Source: an uncultured Gammaproteobacteria bacterium
Lineage (GTDB): Bacteria > Patescibacteriota > Microgenomatia > UBA10105 > UBA927
Direction of reading: 5' to 3'
DNA length: 64,000 nt
Assembly: GCA_964573695.1 (NCBI GenBank)
Contig: CAZNKB010000001.1
Coordinates: forward strand, 231-64,230
The notes beneath the pieces are model-generated. The model did no database searches and had not been told where the DNA came from. It saw only the letters and a program-made list of their open reading frames with translations. Position 1 is the first letter of the stretch. Every line of letters begins with the position of its first letter. Shown here in pieces: positions 17,776 to 28,185 of the stretch. A program made the position numbers and the translations under genes.

Positions 17776-19452
17776 TTATGTTGTAGGCACGACGATATCT
17801 TTAATCTTAAGCTGCAGGGTTCGTTTTCCGTTCCATTCATTCATGTCGACAGTATATGCAATGTCGACAGGCTGCTCCGACGAAATCTTGCCATACATAT
17901 CGGACATATTAAACGCCACGGCTTCCCAAGTTTCGTCTTTCGAACGGATTTTCAACTTGAGATGCTTGCGGGTTGCGCCGATAATACGAGCTTCTCTGAT
18001 ATAAACCCCGCGGGATGCAAATAAAGGCTCATAATTTCCGAAGCCGAATGGTGCTAAATCCTGGGCCGCGAGCCATAGCCCCTGGGTAGCGAACTCCAAA
18101 GGAATTTGTGCGTCGATATGAAGTACCCGCTTAAGCTTCTCTTCGTCCAATTCCTTTTGTGCGAAGGATTCCAGCCGTTCTTTAAGCTTGTTTAGATTCT
18201 TTGTCTCCACGGTAAATCCGGCAGCCATAGGATGCCCACCGACGTCAACCAGGATGTCGCTGCAGGTCCGAATGGCCTCAACGATATTAAATCCGGGAAT
18301 ACTCCTTGCCGATGCTTTGGAGAAATCATCTCCGACCGCAAGCACGATAGCAGGCCGCCAATACTCTTCAACGAGTCTTCCCGCGACCAATCCGATGACC
18401 CCGGGGTTATATGATTCATGGGAGATAAAAATAAGATTCTTGAGTGTTTTGGGGACCAAATCCTTTGCGTGAGTGACAGTGTCTATCGTCAGTTGTTGCC
18501 GTTCCTTATTGGTGATCCCCAATTTCTGGGCGAGCACCTTCGCCTTGCCCTCGTCGGTCGTGCAGAGCAACCGAAGAGCATTAATCGCATGGTCTAATCT
18601 TCCCATGGCGTTAAGCCTGGGGGCCAACATGTGGGACACCGAGTACGTATCGATCGTTTTTTTCTCTATCCCGGCCTCGGTTATGAGAGCATTCAAACCT
18701 GTGCGTTTGGTTTTTCGAAGTGTCGCGAGTCCGAACTTGACGATAGATCTGTTGATTCCTACGAGAGGCAGCAAATCAGCGATCGTTCCTATTGTTGCCA
18801 ACGCTGTCAGCTCCCCTTCATGCTCTGTATTTCCCCGACCTAGCAATTTCATCAGTCGCATAGCCACATACCACGACACCCCGGAACCGGAAAGTTTGGT
18901 CGTATGAACGGTTGTTGCGCGTGGAAGCTTCTCCGGCTTGACATGATGATCGGTAATGATCACTTCCATACCAAGCGACGCCGCATAATCCACCTGCTTG
19001 GCCGCCGTAATCCCGTGATCTACCGTTATGATAAGCGCCGGATCATATTGGGCACGCACAGCGTCTATCCCTTTTTCCGATAATCCGTATCCTTCGTCAA
19101 CCCTGTGGGGAATATACGGCATGACCCGAGCACCCAAATGCCAAAGCGTCTCCCACATGATAGCTCCTGCGGTAATCCCGTCAGCGTCGTAATCCGCATA
19201 AACCACCACGGACTCCTTATCCTTTATCGCTTTTTGTATACGGGTTATCGCTTTTTTCAAATCTGCTGAATTTATTCCTACGTCAGCATCCGAAAGCAAG
19301 TGGGGATCAGGCGGGTGTAAAAACTCTTCCTGGGCGGCTTTTGTCCTGATGCCACGGTCTTTCAAAATTTCGTGAATTATCTCCTCTGAAACCGCTTGTT
19401 TGTTGTCCGACGTGACTGCTACCTGGTTCTTTATGTGCCACTTTAATCCCAT
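17776..19452 (-). CDS. recJ: Single-stranded-DNA-specific exonuclease RecJ
   Basis: DYDADG, TVDHG, TDHH, PRLNAMGR, GGHPMAAG, PFGFGN. Confidence 0.96.
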   Translation of the reverse strand: MGLKWHIKNQVAVTSDNKQAVSEEIIHEILKDRGIRTKAAQEEFLHPPDPHLLSDADVGINSADLKKAITRIQKAIKDKESVVVYADYDADGITAGAIMWETLWHLGARVMPYIPHRVDEGYGLSEKGIDAVRAQYDPALIITVDHGITAAKQVDYAASLGMEVIITDHHVKPEKLPRATTVHTTKLSGSGVSWYVAMRLMKLLGRGNTEHEGELTALATIGTIADLLPLVGINRSIVKFGLATLRKTKRTGLNALITEAGIEKKTIDTYSVSHMLAPRLNAMGRLDHAINALRLLCTTDEGKAKVLAQKLGITNKERQQLTIDTVTHAKDLVPKTLKNLIFISHESYNPGVIGLVAGRLVEEYWRPAIVLAVGDDFSKASARSIPGFNIVEAIRTCSDILVDVGGHPMAAGFTVETKNLNKLKERLESFAQKELDEEKLKRVLHIDAQIPLEFATQGLWLAAQDLAPFGFGNYEPLFASRGVYIREARIIGATRKHLKLKIRSKDETWEAVAFNMSDMYGKISSEQPVDIAYTVDMNEWNGKRTLQLKIKDIVVPTT

Positions 19453-19471
19453 AGAGGGTATAATAACAGGT

Positions 19472-20848
19472 ATGATTGCCCTACCTCAATCGGCACGCAC
19501 CATACTGGAGACCCTCAAGTCGGCTGACTTCGAGGCGTTCGCAGTTGGCGGCTCGGTCCGTGATCTTATCATGGGAATTGAAACGAAAGGCTGGGACTTC
19601 ACCACGAATGCCGTACCAGAGGAAATTCTCAAACTCTTTCCTGATAGCTTTTACGATAACCAGTTTGGTACCGTCGGCATCAAGGTCCGGAAAGAAAAGG
19701 CTCAAGAAAACGAGGAAAAAGCCGACATCGAAGACATATACGAAATCACCACCTATAGAAGCGAGGAAGGTTATAAAGATCATCGGCATCCGGACAAAAT
19801 AACCTGGGGCAAAACACTCATCGAAGACCTCTCCAGGCGGGATTTCACTATGAATGCAATTGCCTTTGACGGCATCACGATCGTCGACCCATACAACGGC
19901 AGGGACGATATCGAACATAAGCGGATCAAAACCGTTGGTAAAGCCACAGACCGATTTTCGGAAGACGCGCTCCGTATGTTGCGAGCTGTGCGGTTCGCCG
20001 CCAGATTTGGATTTGTACTGGATACCGATACCGCCGACGCGATACGGGACAATGCCCCGCTCATTGAAAAAATATCGTCGGAGCGGATCCGCGACGAATT
20101 TTTTAAAATCCTGACCGCCACCCACGCAGCGGATGCGGTACTCGTTCTCAAAAATCTCGGGCTACTTCACTTTATATTACCGGAATTGGAGGTCGCATTT
20201 GACACTCCGCAAAAAAGTCCGAAACGGCACCATATATATGACGTCGGGACGCACTCCGTAATGGCGCTTAAACATTGTCCTTCCCAAGACCCGGTCGTGC
20301 GGCTTGCGACACTTATCCATGATTTGGGCAAACCCAAGACATTTCGACAAATGCCTGACGGGCTTATTACATTTTATAACCATGAAGTGGTAGGAGCCCG
20401 GATAGCCAAAACCGTAAGCCAAAGGCTAAGGCTTTCGAACAAACAGGCGGAATTACTCTTCACTCTTATCCGCTGGCATCAATTTAGTGTCGACGAGCGC
20501 CAAACCGATGCCGCACTTCGCAGATTTATCCGAAGAGTCGGAAAAGAAAACCTTCCTCACATACTCGACTTACGTATCGGAGACCGCCTGGGAGGAGGGG
20601 CCACAGAAACATCATGGAGACTGGAGCTTTATAAAAAACGGCTGGAAGAAGTCCAACAACAACCATTCACCGTAGCAGACCTCCATGTCGACGGTCACGA
20701 CGTTATGAAAATCTTTAACACGCGTCCCGGTCCGGTTATCGGAAAAGTCCTTGATGCGCTCTTTGCCGAGGTAGAAGCCGGCACACTCCCCAACGAGCGC
20801 GAAATCCTGCTAACAAAAATGAATGAGCTTAAAGGGACTATCAGCTAA
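19472..20848 (+). CDS. cca: CCA tRNA nucleotidyltransferase with HD domain
   Basis: VGGSVRD, EITTYR, DLSRRDFTMNA, EDALRMLR, ERIRDE, HDLGK. Confidence 0.93.
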   Translation: MIALPQSARTILETLKSADFEAFAVGGSVRDLIMGIETKGWDFTTNAVPEEILKLFPDSFYDNQFGTVGIKVRKEKAQENEEKADIEDIYEITTYRSEEGYKDHRHPDKITWGKTLIEDLSRRDFTMNAIAFDGITIVDPYNGRDDIEHKRIKTVGKATDRFSEDALRMLRAVRFAARFGFVLDTDTADAIRDNAPLIEKISSERIRDEFFKILTATHAADAVLVLKNLGLLHFILPELEVAFDTPQKSPKRHHIYDVGTHSVMALKHCPSQDPVVRLATLIHDLGKPKTFRQMPDGLITFYNHEVVGARIAKTVSQRLRLSNKQAELLFTLIRWHQFSVDERQTDAALRRFIRRVGKENLPHILDLRIGDRLGGGATETSWRLELYKKRLEEVQQQPFTVADLHVDGHDVMKIFNTRPGPVIGKVLDALFAEVEAGTLPNEREILLTKMNELKGTIS

Positions 20849-21726
20849 GGTCTGTGTTTTTTCTGTTCTAAACGGTGCCACAATAATAAAACGGGAGTCG
20901 CGACAAACGGCGAAGAATAGGTTCCCGACACCGTGCCGATAAGGAGAGCCACAACAAACCACTTCACTGTTTCGCCACCCATGAGTATAAGGGCCACCAA
21001 CATAAAAATAATGGTGAATGAATTTGTTATAGATCTGTTCATGGTTTCCGTCAAAGCAACATCGCTTATCTCTTCAAACGATCTTGTGCGGTCGCGCTTC
21101 GTATATTCTCTGATCCGGTCAAAAACTACGATCGTATCGTGTACGGAAAAACTCATGGTAGTCAAAAATGCCGTGACAAACAGTGTATCTACCTCGATAC
21201 CGAAAAAATGCCCAAACAACGAAAAACTTCCCAAAACGACCAGTAAATCGTGAAGCAGGGCTACAACCGCCGCCACACCGAAACGTATATTTTTAAACGC
21301 CCAAGCGACATAGAGCAATATCGCCGATACTGCCAGTAATGCAGCAAATAATGCCTTGGATAAAAGCTCGCGCCCCAAGACGGGTCCTACGGTTTCATTT
21401 CTCAGTGTCACCGCACTTACCGAAGACTCTTTCTGTATACGATCGGTGAGCAGGGCAATATCCTGACGAGTTGCCTGCTTCATTCTGATAATAAATGTCC
21501 GATCTCCCGACTGCACGGCACTCACAACGTCCACGCCCGAAGTATGAGCAATCTGTGTAACTTGTGATAGAGGTAAAGATGCGCTTGTACGATATTCGAC
21601 AAGCGTTCCCCCGGCAAAATCTATGGACTGCTTAAACCCAAATCGGATAAGGGAATATATTCCGGGCACGAGCACAAACGCTGAAATACATGCGTAAAGC
21701 CAAAGATACTTACTAAACCTGATCAT
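20845..21726 (-). CDS. secF: Protein translocase subunit SecF
   Basis: IDFAGGT, VGPVLG, HD, SVHDTIVVFDRIRE, GTYSS; start MIRFSK overlaps the secD stop. Confidence 0.95.
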   Translation of the reverse strand: MIRFSKYLWLYACISAFVLVPGIYSLIRFGFKQSIDFAGGTLVEYRTSASLPLSQVTQIAHTSGVDVVSAVQSGDRTFIIRMKQATRQDIALLTDRIQKESSVSAVTLRNETVGPVLGRELLSKALFAALLAVSAILLYVAWAFKNIRFGVAAVVALLHDLLVVLGSFSLFGHFFGIEVDTLFVTAFLTTMSFSVHDTIVVFDRIREYTKRDRTRSFEEISDVALTETMNRSITNSFTIIFMLVALILMGGETVKWFVVALLIGTVSGTYSSPFVATPVLLLWHRLEQKKHRP

Positions 21727-23084
21727 ACTTGTGTGCCTTTCTCTTTGTAAAACACGCGGATGTAAGTCCTGCTTGCGACAATACCAGTGAACAAGCTCAT
21801 CACCACTCCGATAAGCAGAGTTGCTGCAAATCCGCGGACTAAACCGCTCGAAGGAAGCATGTTCCAATTGCCCGGATTATAAAGAATAAGCGAGGTAATG
21901 ATCGTAGTGAAATTCGCATCTCTTATACTATCCCACGCCTTTCCGAATGCCTGTTCCATAGCGATTCCCCAGGGTTTACCGGCGCGAACCTCTTCTTTGT
22001 ATCTTTCGAATATGAGGATATTACTATCTACGGCCATACCGATCGACAGTAAAAATCCTGCGATTCCCGGCAGAGTAAGGGTAATCCCAAATAAACGAAA
22101 TACGCCAAACGACAATAAGCCATATAAAATGAGTGCTGCATCCGCGATAAGTCCGAGCCTACCATACTGAAAGATCATGAATAATGCGACGAACCCCAAT
22201 CCTATGCTTCCCGCGCGTATGCTTTTTGCGACGGACTCCGCTCCCAGTGTTGCCTCTACCGTCCGCTCCTCCACAGGACGCACCGGGACAGGAAGCGCTC
22301 CTGCATTGAGTTGCAGCGCGAGGGTACGTGCATTATCGCGGGTGAAATTTCCCGTCACCACTGCCCTGCCGTCGGTTATCGCTGTTTGTACGACAGGCGC
22401 CGTAAGAGGCACATCGTCCAAAAATATGGCGAGTTGCTTGCCAATCAAACGACTCGTCGCATCTCCGAATTTTTTGGATCCTTCTGGAGTAAATTCTATA
22501 GCCACCTCAGGAGAACCGGTCTGTTGGCTAAATGATAAACCGGCTTTGGACAAATCCTTACCTGTTATGCCGACCGGCTTCGTATTGAGAAGTGACGGGA
22601 TGACAAAGGCGCCAGTAGTAGCCTCGTCCGGATTGGTGAATTCACGAAAATCCAAAAGCGCCGTCTGGCCGATGAGGGAAACTGCACGATCTACATCATT
22701 TACTCCTGGCAGCTCAACAATAATACGGTAGGAATTTTCCGTCACTGCCGTTTGCACGATCGGCTCCGAAACACCGAAAAAATTCACCCTCCGGTCTATG
22801 ACTTCCTTAGCAGACTCTAACGCGGACAATCGATCAGCAGGGCGTATATCTTTCATGTCCGCTTCCAGCACAACATGACTCCCCCCGGCCAAATCCAAAC
22901 CCAGTGATGTCTTGAGAGGCTTAGTCCAGCCGAACAGACGAATTGTCGGCGGGTTAATGACCCGGTCAACCGTGCGACCAAACACCGTAAACTTGAGCCG
23001 ATAATTTTCGGGAAGATCGATAACAACAAGTGCTATCGATAGAAGAAATAACAAAAAAAATACCCTTCTGGGATTTTTGAACAT
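21723..23084 (-). CDS. secD: Protein translocase subunit SecD
   Basis: LGLDLAGG, GVSEP, VELPG, GALPVP, GMAVDSNILIFER. Confidence 0.96.
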   Translation of the reverse strand: MFKNPRRVFFLLFLLSIALVVIDLPENYRLKFTVFGRTVDRVINPPTIRLFGWTKPLKTSLGLDLAGGSHVVLEADMKDIRPADRLSALESAKEVIDRRVNFFGVSEPIVQTAVTENSYRIIVELPGVNDVDRAVSLIGQTALLDFREFTNPDEATTGAFVIPSLLNTKPVGITGKDLSKAGLSFSQQTGSPEVAIEFTPEGSKKFGDATSRLIGKQLAIFLDDVPLTAPVVQTAITDGRAVVTGNFTRDNARTLALQLNAGALPVPVRPVEERTVEATLGAESVAKSIRAGSIGLGFVALFMIFQYGRLGLIADAALILYGLLSFGVFRLFGITLTLPGIAGFLLSIGMAVDSNILIFERYKEEVRAGKPWGIAMEQAFGKAWDSIRDANFTTIITSLILYNPGNWNMLPSSGLVRGFAATLLIGVVMSLFTGIVASRTYIRVFYKEKGTQV

Positions 23085-23172
23085 AATTGTCATCGCGAGC
23101 GCTAGCGTGGCGATCCGATTATTATAATACCAAACGAGATCCCTCGAAAGACTCGAGATAAAAATGGGAATA

Positions 23173-23754
23173 TCAACTTACCAATTCCTCTTCGTCACCG
23201 ATAAGCATGACGCGCGAGCCGCTGAGTATTTCTAACACAAACGGGTCGCGACGCCTTTTGCGAAAGGTGAACTCTTCGTCGGACATAACCGTATAATTTA
23301 GCTCACGTTCGCGCTTCACCTCTTCGGCCCGGACAAAACTTCCAAGTTCAGCAAGCACGACAGATCCGACAATGAGCAGATCCACGTCGCTGCCTCCTTT
23401 GTGGGGTAATCCGCGTAAATATCTTCCCGATAGCATTGCGAATTTAATTTTGCCGAGTTTCGCTCTGTTTTTGACGATATCCCAGCCTAAACCGGTCGTC
23501 TTACCCATAAGCTCCATGAGCTCAAAATATAGCGGATATTCTTTGCGGAAGCGGTAAAAAAGCCTGTTTGCTCGCTGCTCTTTTGAGAGCATACCTGCTT
23601 TCTCCAGATGCGCAAGCTCACGTCTCACCGCGTTGATTTCCTCTCCGACCTGGCGCACGATTTCGCGTACGTGATAAATCATGGTCGGGTTATTTAAAAA
23701 TAACGCGAGCATCTTAACCCTGACTCGAGAGATAATCAGATCTTCAAGAAGCAT
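23173..23754 (-). CDS. Winged-HTH protein with nucleotidyltransferase-like C-terminal domain
   Basis: YHVREIVR...NAVRRELAHLE wHTH; SDVDLLIVG NTase-like motif. Confidence 0.7.
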   Translation of the reverse strand: MLLEDLIISRVRVKMLALFLNNPTMIYHVREIVRQVGEEINAVRRELAHLEKAGMLSKEQRANRLFYRFRKEYPLYFELMELMGKTTGLGWDIVKNRAKLGKIKFAMLSGRYLRGLPHKGGSDVDLLIVGSVVLAELGSFVRAEEVKRERELNYTVMSDEEFTFRKRRRDPFVLEILSGSRVMLIGDEEELVS

Positions 23755-23781
23755 ACGTCCTCCATTTTCTCGGGCAGAGGT

Positions 23782-24954
23782 TTAGTATGTGACAGCAGTC
23801 CCGGTGGGCAGCATTTCGATCCATATCTGGCCACGCGTAAACTCAATTTCTTTATTCGTGGCAGAATCAAAAAATTTAGTCCGTGAACTTTTGATTTCCT
23901 TTTTCCAAACCGCTTTTGTCACCTTACCGTCCTGGAAAACGATCGCTTCGCCGCTACCGGTGTTTGCATAAAGAAGATGTGCGTGTTCATCTACCGGACC
24001 GGTTTCTTTGGCAAAGAGTATGGCCACGGCCTTGGCAGACAACTGCGCCTTTGTTTCCAAATCTATGTGAGCTACTCCCCCATTAAAGCGTTTATAGATA
24101 TTAGCGGTCTTGTCATACTCCCAACGGACGCCGTACTCAGTCTCATACCCTTTCCAGGCGGCAAAACTGATAGACGTGGCAGCTCCACGTTCGTTTTCTT
24201 TTGCATCGTCTTTAAATTTCCACGGCTGGAACCCTTTATCCCATGAGACTCCTGCTGCATCAACATTGGTCCATCCGCGTTGTTTAGCCAAAGCAATCAG
24301 TTTGTCCGTCACACATACCATAGTATGTTCTGTAGCGACAGGGTGGTCCAAACGATCATAATTACGGTAACAGGTCGGGAAGGAGATACCGAACTGATCC
24401 ATATCCTTTATTTTGTATTGTTGTATGTGGCATAGTGCTTTGGCCCGATCGTCAACCGTGGGATCGTTGCAAAGCCCTGCTCCTCCGACGTGATTATAAA
24501 GTGCGTCATACTCCATGACCCAACCCAAATAATGTTCGCGGGCGCTTCTCACTGGAGCCAAATTGACGGTCTGTGCAGCTATACCACAGTAGAAAACTCC
24601 CATAAACCGCGTAATACCACCTTCAGCGACTGCTTCGTATACCACGTCAGCACTGGATAAACCTGATTGCGGACGGCTATCGGCATGGTTTTCTATCATA
24701 ACTGCCAATGGTCGTCTCGTCACCCAAACGTCTTTCTCCTGTTTTGTATATAATTTGCCGTTTATCGGACACGGCTCAGTCCGCGGAATAGAAGGATCGA
24801 TAACAAAATGCTCCTGGGTTCCGTTTTTTTGTGTGATCGGCGTGGATACCTTTGATTTTCCGAAGTATGAAAACCCGGCGAACGAAAGTCCGGTAGCGAC
24901 AAGATATAGGGCTAGTCCCATAATCGACGTGACAATAAGTTTCTGTTTGTTCAT
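23782..24954 (-). CDS. DUF3048 domain protein
   Basis: RPLAVMIENH, RPQSGL, YEAVAEGGITRF, PVRSAR, GQIWIE. Confidence 0.85.
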   Translation of the reverse strand: MNKQKLIVTSIMGLALYLVATGLSFAGFSYFGKSKVSTPITQKNGTQEHFVIDPSIPRTEPCPINGKLYTKQEKDVWVTRRPLAVMIENHADSRPQSGLSSADVVYEAVAEGGITRFMGVFYCGIAAQTVNLAPVRSAREHYLGWVMEYDALYNHVGGAGLCNDPTVDDRAKALCHIQQYKIKDMDQFGISFPTCYRNYDRLDHPVATEHTMVCVTDKLIALAKQRGWTNVDAAGVSWDKGFQPWKFKDDAKENERGAATSISFAAWKGYETEYGVRWEYDKTANIYKRFNGGVAHIDLETKAQLSAKAVAILFAKETGPVDEHAHLLYANTGSGEAIVFQDGKVTKAVWKKEIKSSRTKFFDSATNKEIEFTRGQIWIEMLPTGTAVTY

Positions 24955-24956
24955 GA

Positions 24957-25433
24957 TCATCCTCCTATATGCTTGGCCTTATCAATCGCCGCCTCTTCTT
25001 CTTTAGATAATGCAACGTCTTTTCCCTTTCCTGCGATTATGTCTTTGATATACCACCTATTTCCACTCCGTGCGTAAAGCGACGTCAGCATAATCCCCGA
25101 ATTCCTTCCGTTAAGAAGCGCTATCGAAAAACTCTGCGCTCCTCCTGTATCTGCAAACGGGTTAAACCGGACTATACCGATTCTTTGAACATGCAGACTA
25201 CCCTCGTTTTCCAATACCTGTGTCGCTTTTTCAAGAGCTGATGCTCGGCTCTTTACATCCTGAAGCGTGGTTAATACTGCTTCAAGTGCTTCCAGCAACC
25301 CCGGCTTCGTAATTCCCTTACTTAACCTATTATAATGGGAAATCATCCGAATTAGCAAAGCCGAAATGATCCCAAGCCACACCAAAAATCCTATGGCAAT
25401 ACCCACGATAAGCAATGTACTATTGAACACCAT
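24957..25433 (-). CDS. DUF4446 family membrane protein
   Basis: N-terminal TM; GIVRFNPFADTGG.QSFSIALL, LSKEE. Confidence 0.85.
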   Translation of the reverse strand: MVFNSTLLIVGIAIGFLVWLGIISALLIRMISHYNRLSKGITKPGLLEALEAVLTTLQDVKSRASALEKATQVLENEGSLHVQRIGIVRFNPFADTGGAQSFSIALLNGRNSGIMLTSLYARSGNRWYIKDIIAGKGKDVALSKEEEAAIDKAKHIGG

Positions 25434-25591
25434 TCGTATTCACCATATTACGATTCTATTTTTGTTTTTGTCAATCACGATTTATGTTATTTTTGGGACA
25501 CATCGCAGGTTATTAGCTTCAACATGAAGCTAATTCATTTGACATCGGAAGCCGAGCTGTGCTACGCTCATGCCCACGACCCTAACGCGGT

Positions 25592-25873
25592 ATGCCTAAA
25601 AAAACTAAGAAGGAAAAACTGCTTGCCCAACAGCATAGATCGCACGTCGCTTCCGTGGTGACTCGCAGAGCACCTGAGTCGGACACTCTCCCCGCAACGA
25701 CTGATACTCGGATCACATTTTCACTTCCCAAACGCACACAGCAGCCAACCGGACTTGGCTTATCCTCCGCGCATGAATTTACAGTCATGAAACGCGATCT
25801 TATAAAAACCGTAATACTTACCGTAGCCATACTTATTAGTGAATTCCTGCTCGCAAAGTCGCTGCCTCAATAA
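25592..25873 (+). CDS. Small tail-anchored hypothetical protein
   Basis: Basic N-terminus (MPKKTKKEK), C-terminal TM after DLIKT; TTGACA-N18-TACGCT promoter upstream. Confidence 0.65.
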   Translation: MPKKTKKEKLLAQQHRSHVASVVTRRAPESDTLPATTDTRITFSLPKRTQQPTGLGLSSAHEFTVMKRDLIKTVILTVAILISEFLLAKSLPQ

Positions 25874-25907
25874 TGACGAAAGTGATGAAAGGAGGTGAAA
25901 AATTACT

Positions 25908-26048
25908 ATGGCAACAATGTATTGTGTAAAATGCCGCGCGAAGCGCGATGACCCAAAGGCTGTCAAAGTCACAATGAAAAACGGCAAACCGGCTATGAAA
26001 GGCAAGTGTCCAGTTTGTGGCACCGGAATGTACAAAATCGGTGGCTAA
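25908..26048 (+). CDS. DUF5679-like zinc-ribbon microprotein (46 aa, MATMYCVKCRAKRDDPKAVKVTMKNGKPAMKGKCPVCGTGMYKIGG)
   Basis: Strong AAAGGAGGTG SD, two CxxC pairs, terminator downstream; not in the ORF track. Confidence 0.85.
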   Translation: MATMYCVKCRAKRDDPKAVKVTMKNGKPAMKGKCPVCGTGMYKIGG

Positions 26049-26073
26049 TTTTCTTTCTGGTAAGACGTTTTAT

Positions 26074-26106
26074 CAAAACACCCCCCGCCTCTGGTGGGGG
26101 GTTTTG
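26074..26106 (+). terminator. Intrinsic terminator
   Basis: CCCCCCGCC-tct-GGTGGGGGG followed by TTTT. Confidence 0.7.
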
Positions 26107-26169
26107 GTTGTTTATTCACTCAAACAGATAACCGCGGCGTTACATTGCGAGCCGTAGCCGGGATGAATT

Positions 26170-27696
26170 TCATTGATCGTCCGGCCGATACTGGAGCGCT
26201 TCTGCTATATGTGACGGTGCTATCTCTTTGACCTGAGCCAGGTCTGCTATAGTGCGTGCAATTTTTATAATCCGGTAGTAACTTCTGGCCGACAAAGAAA
26301 ACCGTGTTGCAGCCTGGGTAATCAGCGCTTGGGCTTCCTGTAGCAACACGCAGTGCTCTTTCACCATGCGGGTAGTCATTTCTGCATTGGCTGCCATGTG
26401 GTACACGCTGAGTCGTTTCACTTGCGTGTCGCGCGCACGTTGTACGCGCTCTCTGATACGCTCTGATGATTCCCTGCCGGCCACTTTCCCTGTTAGTTTT
26501 TCCATTGGTACCGCGGGCACATGAACATGAAGATCAATCCTATCGATAATAGGTCCTGAAATACGCTTTTGGTACCGCGTCACCATACCAGGTAAACACG
26601 TACACGGCTTTACCGCCGAACGAAAATTACCACAAGGACAGGGATTGGCTGCGGCAACGAGCATAAACTTCGCAGGATATCGAACCGATCCCGAAGCCCG
26701 GGATATTGTCACCACGCCGTCCTCAATAGGCTGACGAAGCGCTTCAAGCACATGACGGGGGTATTCAGGAAACTCATCCAGAAACAACACGCCACGATGC
26801 GCTAATGATATCTCTCCGGGCGTAGGACGCGACCCTCCGCCGATAAGACCGATGCGGGAGGTCGTGTGGTGAGGACTTCGAAATGGGCGGAATTTGATAA
26901 TCGACTCCCCGGCTGGCAAATTACCCGTTACCGAATATATTTTCGTCACATCCAGCGCCTCCTCCTCCGTCATGGCCGGCAATATGGAAGGCAACGTGCG
27001 TGCAAGCATGGTCTTACCGGCTCCAGGAGGCCCCTGCATAAATACGTTATGCGCTCCGGCGGCGGCTATCTCAAGCGCACGTTTGACATGGTCCTGACCC
27101 GCGACATCGGACATATCAAAGGCAAACCCGCTGGAAACGCCCAACGAGCCAAAAGCGACATGCGGATGAACAGGTATCAGTTGGGCACCGGTCAGATGAC
27201 GGTATAACTCAAGAAGCGACCGAACCGGTATGACGGAAATTCCATGAATGACAGCTGCTTCTTTTGCGTCCTCAGCTGGCACGAATATGACATGCGATTT
27301 CGAATGATCACGTATCATCATGGCAAGCGACAATATGCCGTTGGTGTGTCTCAATCCTCCGTCAAGCGACAACTCACCCACAAATAGAGCAGAACTTTCT
27401 GAAACAGGAAGCTGCCCGGACGCCACCAACATACCCACGGCAATAGGTAAATCATACGCCGGCCCCGCTTTGGGCAAATCTGCTGGAGCTAAGTTGACGG
27501 TAATCCTATGATTAGGAAATTCCGCGCCGCTGTTTTTGATAGCGGAGCGAACCCGCTCCTTGCTTTCCTCGACGGCTTTATCCGGAAGGCCGACTATCGT
27601 AAACGACGGCAGGCTCTGTGATGAAATATCGACTTCTACCGTGACCGGAACAGCCTCTAGCCCGACGACTGCCCCGGAAAAAATTTTTGCGAGCAT
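26170..27696 (-). CDS. comM: ComM/YifB Mg-chelatase-like AAA+ ATPase
   Basis: IVGLPD, VNLAPAD, GPPGAGKT, RSPHH, GEISLAHRGVLFLDE, NPCPCG. Confidence 0.95.
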   Translation of the reverse strand: MLAKIFSGAVVGLEAVPVTVEVDISSQSLPSFTIVGLPDKAVEESKERVRSAIKNSGAEFPNHRITVNLAPADLPKAGPAYDLPIAVGMLVASGQLPVSESSALFVGELSLDGGLRHTNGILSLAMMIRDHSKSHVIFVPAEDAKEAAVIHGISVIPVRSLLELYRHLTGAQLIPVHPHVAFGSLGVSSGFAFDMSDVAGQDHVKRALEIAAAGAHNVFMQGPPGAGKTMLARTLPSILPAMTEEEALDVTKIYSVTGNLPAGESIIKFRPFRSPHHTTSRIGLIGGGSRPTPGEISLAHRGVLFLDEFPEYPRHVLEALRQPIEDGVVTISRASGSVRYPAKFMLVAAANPCPCGNFRSAVKPCTCLPGMVTRYQKRISGPIIDRIDLHVHVPAVPMEKLTGKVAGRESSERIRERVQRARDTQVKRLSVYHMAANAEMTTRMVKEHCVLLQEAQALITQAATRFSLSARSYYRIIKIARTIADLAQVKEIAPSHIAEALQYRPDDQ

Positions 27697-27768
27697 TCCC
27701 TATTACCATAATGCAATTGCGCCTGTGGCGATGTGGACTAGATTACAATACAGGGAGTATAATACGGG

Positions 27769-28144
27769 TGCGCTTTGGGAACCCGGATTCTCGCCCCGAT
27801 CCCGGCTTGCCGGAATCGCGGGAGGAAAGTCCAGACAGCAGAATGCGAGGGGAACTGACGCAAGTCATTACAGGTAACTGCTGGTGTTCTGCTTCCGAAA
27901 GGAAACGGAAACGAAATCCCGCTTAGCGGGATTGAGAGAGCCACAGAGACGATCATCAGCCGTCAGCCGAAATTCGGCTCGGAAGATGGGTGAAACGTTG
28001 GCAATCCCACCCGCTGCAACCGGCGACAGATCCGTTATCACCACGCATTCGGGAGGATCGAAGTTTACGGGCATTAGAGAAATGAGAGTCTATCCCGATT
28101 CATCGGGAGAAACAGAATCTGGCTTACGAGGATCCCGAGGCGCA
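27769..28144 (+). ncRNA. rnpB: RNase P RNA
   Basis: GAGGAAAGTCC (27822) and AACAGAATCTGGCTTAC (28111) form P4; terminal pairing TGCGCTTTGGGA/TCCCGAGGCGCA; TATAAT just upstream. Confidence 0.93.
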
Positions 28145-28178
28145 AACAAAATCCATGAGTTATCATGGATTTTGTTTG
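28143..28178. terminator. Bidirectional terminator between rnpB and the AI-2E gene
   Basis: Perfect 16-bp inverted repeat CAAACAAAATCCATGA/TCATGGATTTTGTTTG. Confidence 0.75.
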
Positions 28179-28185
28179 TAGAAAT

